From the NCBI GenBank assembly GCA_035293185.1, contig DATDOP010000014.1, forward strand, positions 1 to 31,226: a DNA stretch of 31,226 bases, written 5' to 3'. This document shows positions 17,167 through 24,436 of the stretch, one piece after another. The stretch comes from Dehalococcoidia bacterium. GTDB lineage: Bacteria; Chloroflexota; Dehalococcoidia; DSTF01; WHTK01. Positions within the stretch are counted from its first letter, which is position 1. Each line of letters begins with the position of its first letter. The translations under genes and the position numbers were made by a program. Under the pieces are notes generated by a model. The model did not search any database, was not told the origin of the DNA, and saw only the letters and a list, made by a program, of their open reading frames with translations.

Positions 17167-17661
17167 CTAGTCGTCATCTTCGTGTTCTTCGTGCTCGTCT
17201 TCGTGTTCGTCTTCGTGTTCGTCGCGGTCGTCATCATCGTCGTCACTGGAGCCGTTCTTGGGGCTGCTGGTCGGGTTAGTTGGCGCGCGTGCAGCCGGCG
17301 GCTGTTGCGTGGGCTGAGGCGCCTGGCGCGGCGCGGCGGTTGCCGCCGTGCCGGTTCCAGTCGATTGCGTGATGGCAGCCGTCGGCTGTGGCGTAGGTGC
17401 GGCAGGCGGCGCAGTCGCGACTACTGGCGCGCTCGCTGGAACGTCCACGTAGACGTACTCCGTGATAACGACGGGCTCTTGTTGCACGTTCGCTGCCGGC
17501 GGAGGCGCGGCAGGCTCGATAGTCTCTTCAACGGCCGCAGCTTCGTCATTCGTTTCAGACCTGGCCTCAAGCCAGCCAGCCTGAGAGGCGAACGACATCA
17601 GCGCGAAGGTCACGACGATGGTTAGAGAGAAAGACAGGGCAAGGGCAATCCTGCGGGACAT
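17167..17661 (-). CDS. Exported/anchored low-complexity protein with Asp/Glu/His-rich C-terminal tail
   Basis: MSRRIAL plus hydrophobic helix ending ASQA; GGAGG RBS; tail DDDDDDRDEHEDEHEDEHEEHEDDD. Confidence 0.8.
   Translation of the reverse strand: MSRRIALALSFSLTIVVTFALMSFASQAGWLEARSETNDEAAAVEETIEPAAPPPAANVQQEPVVITEYVYVDVPASAPVVATAPPAAPTPQPTAAITQSTGTGTAATAAPRQAPQPTQQPPAARAPTNPTSSPKNGSSDDDDDDRDEHEDEHEDEHEEHEDDD
17179..17223. repeat. Short tandem repeats (about 12-bp period, EHED) encoding the acidic His tail
   Basis: ttcgtgttcttcgtgctcgtcttcgtgttcgtcttcgtgttcgtc on the plus strand. Confidence 0.7.
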
Positions 17662-17682
17662 AGGAACCTCCAGTATTTGTCG

Positions 17683-18633
17683 TTAGTCTGCGTGCCAGCC
17701 GGATGTCTGCTTCAGCGACCCATCAGCAAGGACGAGCAGGCCGTGCACAGCCTCCGATTCGAGAAAAGCCAGCCCCACCTCCGGACCGAGGATCAGGGCG
17801 CACTTGGCAAAGACGTCCGCTTCCACGGCGCGAGGTGCAATCACAGTTACGCCGATGACACCGCTTTGCGCCGGCAGACCGGTACGCGGATCGATGAGGT
17901 GATGCGCCCAGCCACCGCCGACGCGCCAGCGCCGCTTTGTGGTCCAGGACGTGGCAATCGCCATGTCGGAAAGGCGCACCACGCCGATCGACTCTTCAGG
18001 CGCCAGCGGACTCGCGACTTCGACCCGCCAGGGAGTGCCGTCGGCTGAGAGCCCGGCAGCGTAGATGTCGCCACCCGCGTCGATCAGGAAGCCCCCGGCC
18101 CCGGTCAGCAGTGATCCAGCGCGGTCCGCGGCAGAACCTTTGCCGATGCCGCCGAAATCAAGCCGCAGACCAAGAGGGAGGGTTGCTTCGTGGCGTTCAG
18201 GGTCAAGGTCGAGGCATTGCAGCGATGGCGGCGCAGCCTTCGACGCATCCTCTGGGGCGGATTGTCCGTCCAGCAGCTCGAATGACGCGCCGTAGCCCGC
18301 CGCCTCGAGGTTGTCGATGATCAGCGGGTTGAAGATCCCTTCGGTTGTGCGGTGAAGGCGTAAGCACTCCGAGAGCAACGCCATCATTTTGGGGGAGACC
18401 GCTTCCGCGGCCTGAGGACGATTGTTGAAGCTGGAGAGCTCGCTGTCGGCTCTGAATCGGCTGAACCTTGCCTCGAAGGAGCGAAAGTACGTTTCCGCAC
18501 GCGGCAGCAGGCTCCCGTAGCGCCAGTCGGCGAGCATGATCTCGACGTCTGTATTGAACACCCGGAAGCTCGATTTCGCTTCGAGGCTCAGGCCATCGAC
18601 TGTCTGGTGAGGGTTGGCGGAATGACCCATCAC
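17683..18633 (-). CDS. apbE: FAD:protein FMN transferase (ApbE family), copy 2
   Basis: FRVFNTDV, RFSRFRADSELS, LDFGGIGKG, IDAGGDI, ATSWTTKRRW, HHLIDPRTG, ADVFAK; no signal peptide or lipobox. Confidence 0.92.
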   Translation of the reverse strand: MMGHSANPHQTVDGLSLEAKSSFRVFNTDVEIMLADWRYGSLLPRAETYFRSFEARFSRFRADSELSSFNNRPQAAEAVSPKMMALLSECLRLHRTTEGIFNPLIIDNLEAAGYGASFELLDGQSAPEDASKAAPPSLQCLDLDPERHEATLPLGLRLDFGGIGKGSAADRAGSLLTGAGGFLIDAGGDIYAAGLSADGTPWRVEVASPLAPEESIGVVRLSDMAIATSWTTKRRWRVGGGWAHHLIDPRTGLPAQSGVIGVTVIAPRAVEADVFAKCALILGPEVGLAFLESEAVHGLLVLADGSLKQTSGWHAD

Positions 18634-18733
18634 TAGTCCTATCTGCCGTCAGCGCGAAAAGGTCACGCAAGCACCAGAAAAATTCCGCAGCACACCGATG
18701 CGGGGATCTTGGCCTGGACGGCCTGATGAACCG

Positions 18734-18762
18734 AAAACGGATTCAGTGGTAAGGTGGTTACA
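18734..18762 (-). promoter_or_regulatory. Candidate ECF-sigma promoter for the apbE2-...-sigma/anti-sigma operon
   Basis: TGTAAC-N17-CGTTTT on the minus strand, containing the -35 AAC and -10 CGT hallmarks of many ECF promoters, about 100 bp upstream of apbE2. Confidence 0.5.
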
Positions 18763-18908
18763 GTTCTCTTCGATCCTGAGGAGCCGTCGCTGAGATTCGA
18801 CGAGTCGCAGTCTCGCTGTTTTCGTTGCCAGCCAGTCCGCCTCGAGGAAGTTGACTTCGCAAGGAGTCTCGCGGGGCACGAGTCCGAGTTCGCTTGGACA
18901 GGGAGAAT

Positions 18909-19160
18909 GTGACCAACCGAATGCCCGAAACCGTCCAGATGTCCTTCGAAGGTGCGTACGAGGATCCTTCGCCGCTCGTAGTGGTGTACAACCCGCGGGT
19001 GCTGCCCGCCGCGCTCCTCAGTCAGGTGATGCGCTTTGGTCTTGTCGGCGCGACGGCCAAGCGCCCGCATCTCTCCGGCAAGCTCAAGGGCAGCCGCAAG
19101 GCGCTCACAGAGATGATCCAGTCCTACGGCCTCGGAGTCGAAATCGTACCGGCCGTCTAA
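18909..19160 (+). CDS. Small hypothetical protein (about 83 aa)
   Basis: GGGAGA RBS before GTG 18909 (ATG 18921 also in frame); globular-looking sequence, no recognised family. Confidence 0.55.
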   Translation: MTNRMPETVQMSFEGAYEDPSPLVVVYNPRVLPAALLSQVMRFGLVGATAKRPHLSGKLKGSRKALTEMIQSYGLGVEIVPAV

Positions 19161-19237
19161 GTTCGGGCTAACTCAAAGCGCTGCTCGATTCCCGGGCCGA
19201 GGTGCCTAGCGCCGCGGGATAGGCTCACGAATGCGGG

Positions 19238-19354
19238 CTATCCGGCCTTCGCCTTTGCGTCGGTGGACGGCGCCTGCCTCTGGCTGACCTGGCTCTTCTT
19301 GCTGGCCTTCTGTTTCTTGGCCTTCGAGTTGTTTCTGGGACTCTTGTCACCCAT
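19238..19354 (-). CDS. 38-aa Lys/Ser-rich small protein (below ORF-track cutoff)
   Basis: MGDKSPRNNSKAKKQKASKKSQVSQRQAPSTDAKAKAG; GAAAGGTGG RBS; consistent AAG/GCC codon use in an otherwise empty intergenic gap. Confidence 0.65.
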   Translation of the reverse strand: MGDKSPRNNSKAKKQKASKKSQVSQRQAPSTDAKAKAG

Positions 19355-19719
19355 TGGAACCACCTTTCGAGTGCAATCGCGGGACGACTGGTGCCGTTCT
19401 GGCTGAGTGCGCGTGCTCCCAGGACGGAGCGATCAGCTTCAGCGCACTTCGATCATAGGTCGCGGTTGGTGATTTGAATAGCCCGGTGCAACCCAGGCGT
19501 GGATTCAAGGCTCACAAGCGGAGTCGGCTTTGTCGCAGCCTGTGAAGCCGGGCGCATCAGCGGCGAAATGTTCACAAATCAGCCTGTTATGTCCGGGAAA
19601 TGCGGCGAAACCAGAGTTTGGAACAGAGACGATTGACGGCTTCGGATTCCGTCCTCACAAACCCGCGACTAAGAGTCGCCGTAAGACATGCCCAAAACCA
19701 ACCGAAAGAATAGTGCGGA

Positions 19720-21180
19720 ATGTCAGCCCCAATCAACGCCAAACGTGTCCCGCCGTTCTTTCCTCGATTGGTAGATGCCTTTCCGGGTGGAGTTGCCTAT
19801 CTGGATTCGAGTCTAGGTTTCGCCTTCTGCAATGATGTCCAGGCCGCTTACTTCGGCCGCACGTCCGAAAGCATGATGGGCGTGGGGCTGCACGATGTTG
19901 TGCCCAACAACCCGGACTTCTGGAGTGCCGTCGACCGCGTCCTGCTGACGGGCGAGCCTTATTCCCAGGCTGCCCTGTCTGTCACCTGGTCTGACCGCCC
20001 AGATCAGGGTGAGCAGCACTTCATTGTCAGCTACGTAGCCGACCTGGACCGTCGTGGCCGCGTTCGCGGCGTGTTCATGACGTCTCTCGAGGTCACTCAA
20101 GCGATTCTGGGAGAGCGCGAGGCTGCGAGGGGACTGCTCGAACGGAATGCCAGGCTGGAAGAGATCGTCCAGGAGATGAGCCTCATCTCGGCCGGCGTCG
20201 CCAACGATCTGGCCCAGGGCGTGGCGCCTGCCGACTTGAGGCGCCGTCTCAACTTTACCCAGAACGACGAAATTGGCGCGGTCGGTCGTGCCTTCGACAT
20301 CATGGCGCAGGCCCTCGAGGACCGTTCGGCAGCTCTGGAGGTCACGGCGGAGGCGCTGCGGATTGAGGCAGGCGTCCGTGCCGAAGTCGAAAGGAAGCTG
20401 CAGCTTGCGCACGACGAACTCGAGGCTACGGTTGAAATGCGGACTGCGGAGTTACGGCGCTCCAATGCCGAGCTGGAGCAATTTGCCTACGTTGCCTCGC
20501 ACGACCTCCAGGAGCCGTTGCGCATGGTAAGTAATTACACGCAGCTCCTGGCGCGGCGTTACCGAGGACGTCTGGACGACAACGCCGACGACTTCATCGG
20601 CTTCGCGGTCGAGGGTGCTAGCCGCATGCAACAGCTGATCAACGATCTGCTGGAGTTCTCCCGCGTCGGGAGCAAGGGCCAGGACCTGTCTGCGGTCGCC
20701 ATGGAATTGGTCATGGATCGGACCTTGTTCAACCTGGATGCGTTGCTCAAGGAAACCGGAGCGCAGGTTGAGCACGGGCCGTTGCCGATGGTTAGCGGCG
20801 ACGAAGTCCAACTAACGCAGCTCCTGCAGAACCTGATTGCCAACGCGATCAAGTTCCGCCGCGCGGAAACACCGCGTATCCAGGTGAGCGCAGAGCTGAT
20901 CGATGGCGCCTGGACGGTCTCGGTGAGCGACAACGGCATCGGAATCGATCCGAGTTATGGAGAGAGGATATTCGTGATCTTTCAGCGGCTACACACGCGT
21001 GACGACTACCCGGGGACGGGAATCGGCCTGGCGGTCTGCAAACGGATCGTCGAACGCCATGGGGGCACCATCTGGGTCGAGTCGAAGATTGGCGCCGGCG
21101 CTACGTTTCGTTTCACGCTGCGAGCCACCGAGGCTGAAGCCGCCCGCCCCCTGCTGCTCGCCGGTGCGCGAGTTGCCTGA
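19720..21180 (+). CDS. Cytoplasmic sensor histidine kinase (PAS, HAMP-like, HisKA, HATPase_c)
   Basis: PAS (FPGGVAYLD...FCN), NDEIGAVGRAFDIMA HAMP half, ELEQFAYVASHDLQEPLRMV H-box, NLIANAIKF, DNGIGID, FQRLHT, GTGIGLA. Confidence 0.93.
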   Translation: MSAPINAKRVPPFFPRLVDAFPGGVAYLDSSLGFAFCNDVQAAYFGRTSESMMGVGLHDVVPNNPDFWSAVDRVLLTGEPYSQAALSVTWSDRPDQGEQHFIVSYVADLDRRGRVRGVFMTSLEVTQAILGEREAARGLLERNARLEEIVQEMSLISAGVANDLAQGVAPADLRRRLNFTQNDEIGAVGRAFDIMAQALEDRSAALEVTAEALRIEAGVRAEVERKLQLAHDELEATVEMRTAELRRSNAELEQFAYVASHDLQEPLRMVSNYTQLLARRYRGRLDDNADDFIGFAVEGASRMQQLINDLLEFSRVGSKGQDLSAVAMELVMDRTLFNLDALLKETGAQVEHGPLPMVSGDEVQLTQLLQNLIANAIKFRRAETPRIQVSAELIDGAWTVSVSDNGIGIDPSYGERIFVIFQRLHTRDDYPGTGIGLAVCKRIVERHGGTIWVESKIGAGATFRFTLRATEAEAARPLLLAGARVA

Positions 21181-21189
21181 GAAAAGCAA

Positions 21190-21738
21190 GTGAAGTCAGA
21201 GCCAGGACGCCCCGTGGAAATTCTACTCGTTGAGGACAATCCGGCGGACGTTCGCCTCACGCAAGAGGCGTTCAAGCTGGCTGGTCGTGTCTGGAACACT
21301 CTGCACATTGAAGACAACACGGCGGATGCGCGCCTTATGGCAGAGGCGCTCAAGAGGGACGATGGCAAGTCCTGGAATAAGCTGCACCACGTGGCAGATG
21401 GCGTGGAGGCACTGGCATTCCTCGCTGGTGAAGAGCCGTATGTCGGCGCTCCCCTCCCGGACATCATCCTGCTGGACCTGAACCTGCCGCGTAAGGACGG
21501 CAGGGAAGTGCTCGCGACCATCAAGGCAAACCGGCGCCTGGCGAGCATACCCGTCATCGTGCTCACGACCTCCCAGGCGGAGGAAGACGTGCTCAAGAGC
21601 TACAACTTGCACGCCAACTGCTACATCGTCAAGCCGTTTGACCTGGACGAGTTCACCGCAATAGTGAAGTCGATTGAGGATTTCTGGCTGCGTATCGTCA
21701 AGCTGCCGCCTTCGGCCGGCGCGGCCTGGAGAGCCTGA
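21190..21738 (+). CDS. Single-domain response regulator (Rcp1/CphB-like) with internal duplication
   Basis: [35 protein letters not shown]; about 26 residues longer than normal because of a repeated N-terminal element. Confidence 0.9.
   Translation: MKSEPGRPVEILLVEDNPADVRLTQEAFKLAGRVWNTLHIEDNTADARLMAEALKRDDGKSWNKLHHVADGVEALAFLAGEEPYVGAPLPDIILLDLNLPRKDGREVLATIKANRRLASIPVIVLTTSQAEEDVLKSYNLHANCYIVKPFDLDEFTAIVKSIEDFWLRIVKLPPSAGAAWRA
21229..21387 (+). repeat. Diverged in-frame tandem duplication (78-bp period) of receiver beta1-alpha1-beta2
   Basis: [26 protein letters not shown] followed by [27 protein letters not shown]. Confidence 0.85.
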
Positions 21739-21739
21739 C

Positions 21740-22882
21740 ATGCGCGTGATGCTCGTCGAGGACTCCCCGGGCGACGCTCGCCTCGTGGAAGAGCTGCTCA
21801 AAGAAATCAAGACGCCGCCGCTGACGTTTGAGACGGTGAGTAGTCTGGCGCTGGCGTTGCCCCGCCTCGCCGAAACAGCGTTCGACGTCTTGCTGCTCGA
21901 CCTGGGCCTGCCCGACAGCCAGGGACTGGAAACTCTGATCAAGGCTCGTCAGAGCGCGCCCCATATGCCAATCGTGGTCCTCACCGGCTTCGATGACGAG
22001 GAACGAGCGGTGGAGGCCATGCAGCTTGGCGCCCAGGACTACCTGGTCAAAGGCGGCTTCAAGACCAGCATGACCCTGAGGCGGGCGATCCGCTACGCGA
22101 TCGAGCGGTCGCAGGTCCAGGCAATGCTGCGTGAAACGATGCAGGAGCTCGAAGCGCGCACCGAGGAGATGGAGGCGTTCACGAACAGCGTCTCGCACGA
22201 CCTGAAGGAGCCCCTGCGCACCATCGAAGCGTTTAGCCAGTTCCTGTTGGAGGATTGCGCAGACGCGCTGGATGACCAGGGTCGCGACTACCTGGGCAGG
22301 CTGGCTAAAGCCAGCGCACGGCTCAAGAACATGATCGAGGAGCTGCTAATCCTCTCTCGCCTGGGAAGACGGCCACATGAGCTCGAGAAAGTGGACATGG
22401 CCGAGACCGTGGCGGAGATAGTGTCGGCCAATGAATTCACGATCAAGAAACGTCGCGCTGTCGTGAATATCCAGGCCGGCTTGCCACCCATACTGGCTGA
22501 TCAGTCGCGGGTGGAGCAGGTGTTTGGCAATCTCATCGGCAACGCCCTGAAGTTCAACCGCAGCGATAGGCCGGCCATCGAGATCGGCTGCGACGAAGGG
22601 AGTGGTGGCTTCGCCACGTTCTACGTGCGCGATAACGGCATCGGCATCGACCCCGCGTACCACGATCGCATCTTCGGTATCTTTCAGAGGCTGCACGTGC
22701 CGGAGGAATTCGAGGGCACCGGGGCGGGCCTGGCGATCGTCAAACGCGCCGTCGAAGCATTGGGAGGTAGCGTTTCCCTGGAATCGGGCCTCGGCCTCGG
22801 CTCGACTTTCTACTTACGCTTACCGCTTTGGAAGCCTGCTTCCGAAGCTCCTCTAGCGGGGGCGATCAAGGATGCAGCGTGA
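21740..22882 (+). CDS. Hybrid receiver-histidine kinase
   Basis: Start ATG 21740 (MRVMLVEDS); [12 protein letters not shown] receiver; [15 protein letters not shown]-box; [23 protein letters not shown]. Confidence 0.93.
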   Translation: MRVMLVEDSPGDARLVEELLKEIKTPPLTFETVSSLALALPRLAETAFDVLLLDLGLPDSQGLETLIKARQSAPHMPIVVLTGFDDEERAVEAMQLGAQDYLVKGGFKTSMTLRRAIRYAIERSQVQAMLRETMQELEARTEEMEAFTNSVSHDLKEPLRTIEAFSQFLLEDCADALDDQGRDYLGRLAKASARLKNMIEELLILSRLGRRPHELEKVDMAETVAEIVSANEFTIKKRRAVVNIQAGLPPILADQSRVEQVFGNLIGNALKFNRSDRPAIEIGCDEGSGGFATFYVRDNGIGIDPAYHDRIFGIFQRLHVPEEFEGTGAGLAIVKRAVEALGGSVSLESGLGLGSTFYLRLPLWKPASEAPLAGAIKDAA

Positions 22883-23304
22883 ACCAGCTGCGGCTCGCCA
22901 GGATCTTCCTGGCGGAAGACAACCCAGACGACGTGGAAATCACGCGGCGTGCTCTGAAGCGCCGCCGCCTGGGCTGTGAGCTGATGGTCGCGCGTAACGG
23001 AGAGGAGGCCGTGGAGCTGCTCTGCCGCCCAGACGTTTCACCGCACCTCGCGCTGCTGGACATAAACCTACCGAGGCTGACCGGCCTGGAGGTCCTGGAG
23101 AGGATACGGCGCGAACCGTCCTGCCTGGCGTTGCCGGTGGTCATGCTGAGCGCTTCGAATCAACGCAAGGACGTGCTGCGCAGCTACGAACTCGGGGCCA
23201 ACAGCTACATTCAGAAGCCCGTGGCCTTCGAGGACTTTGTTGACGCGCTGGAAGTGCTCTACAAGTACTGGTTTGAACTGGCAAGTCTGCCGCGCTCTTT
23301 GTAG
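22879..23304 (+). CDS. Single-domain response regulator (Rcp1-like)
   Basis: GTG start overlapping the upstream TGA; IFLAEDNPDD, LLDINLPRLTG, MLSAS, ANSYIQKP. Confidence 0.92.
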   Translation: MNQLRLARIFLAEDNPDDVEITRRALKRRRLGCELMVARNGEEAVELLCRPDVSPHLALLDINLPRLTGLEVLERIRREPSCLALPVVMLSASNQRKDVLRSYELGANSYIQKPVAFEDFVDALEVLYKYWFELASLPRSL

Positions 23305-23314
23305 GAGAACAGTG

Positions 23315-24283
23315 ATGAATGGAGACGAAGTAAAGGTCCTGCTGGTGGACGACAATCCAGACGATGTCTCGATAATGCGGCGCCTGCTGGGTCAGTACGA
23401 GCGGACGCACTTCGAGGTGTCCTCTGCCAGTACCACGGGTAACTGCCTTGCTCTGCTTGAAGCGGATGGCGTTGACCTGCTCTTCCTGGATTACGCCATG
23501 CCCGGGGAGGACGGCATCGCCTTTCTCAGACGAGCCGCCGGCGTTGTGGACCTGCCCCCCGTGATCATCATCACGGGTTCGGCCGACTACCGGCTGATCG
23601 CAGAAGCGATCCGCTGGGGTGCCAGCGATTGCGTCTACAAAAACGCGATGACTTCGCACACACTGGGCATGGCGGCCCAGCAGGCACTCGCGAAGTCCCG
23701 TCATGAAATCGAGCTCAGCCGCTACGACCAGCACATCATCACTGCCCTGGTCCGTACCTCCGCAGACGTTGACCCCACCACCGGTGGGCCGCGGCTGGCC
23801 GCGCTGGCGGAGACGCTGGGCCGCGGGCTGGAACTGAACGACCACCAGGTGCAATTACTGGGCCAGGGCGCCTTGCTGCACGACGTCGGGAAGCTGGGTG
23901 TGCGCAGCGAGCTGATCATGAAGCCCGGCCCGCTTACAGAAGAGGAGTACGAAGAGGTGCGCCTGCATCCCCTCATCGGAGAGCGTTTGTGCGCGCCTCT
24001 ACGCCTATCGCGTGAACTGGGGCCGATCATTCGCCACCACCACGAGCGTTGGGACGGCAAAGGTTACGTCGATGGCCTCGCCGGGGACGAGATACCGCTG
24101 TTGGCGCGCGTAATCAGCGTCGTCGACGCCTTCGATGCGATGACCACCAACCGTCCCTACCGCGCGGCCCTCTCCGAGACGGTGGCGTTGGGCCGGCTGC
24201 ACAAGGGCGCGGGCACGCAGTGGGACCCCGAGGTCGTGGAGGTGTTCCTCGAGCAGATGGACGTGCGGCAGCTTGCCGCTTGA
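23315..24283 (+). CDS. Receiver plus HD-GYP domain protein (possibly degenerate cyclic dinucleotide phosphodiesterase)
   Basis: AGGAG RBS, ATG 23315; LLVDDN, FLDYAMPG; LLHDVGK, HPLIG, HHHERWDGKGYV, VVDAFDAMTTNRPYR. Confidence 0.9.
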   Translation: MNGDEVKVLLVDDNPDDVSIMRRLLGQYERTHFEVSSASTTGNCLALLEADGVDLLFLDYAMPGEDGIAFLRRAAGVVDLPPVIIITGSADYRLIAEAIRWGASDCVYKNAMTSHTLGMAAQQALAKSRHEIELSRYDQHIITALVRTSADVDPTTGGPRLAALAETLGRGLELNDHQVQLLGQGALLHDVGKLGVRSELIMKPGPLTEEEYEEVRLHPLIGERLCAPLRLSRELGPIIRHHHERWDGKGYVDGLAGDEIPLLARVISVVDAFDAMTTNRPYRAALSETVALGRLHKGAGTQWDPEVVEVFLEQMDVRQLAA

Positions 24284-24436
24284 TGGACTCCTTCTGTCCG
24301 TGAAGGCGTGGAACTCCGGCCTTCAATCTCTGTGAGTTCACCTAATTTCGCCCGACCATAAGTGTCAGAGGTTTGTTCGCTCTGCCGCGGTAGTTCGTTT
24401 GGACCCGGAGGACGCTTCGGGCGATGGGAGGTTTAC

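Noticed and set aside
17171-17245. Short periodic repeats as a CRISPR-like or non-coding array
   Set aside because: They are in-frame codon repeats for Asp/Glu/His with no unique spacers or cas genes.
19355-19719. Riboswitch or ncRNA (e.g. c-di-GMP class I) in the long intergenic region before the kinase
   Set aside because: Several short hairpins exist (gacgg...ccgtc, gcgact-aag-agtcgc, ttgaat...attcaa) but I could not match a known consensus; an Infernal/Rfam scan would be needed.
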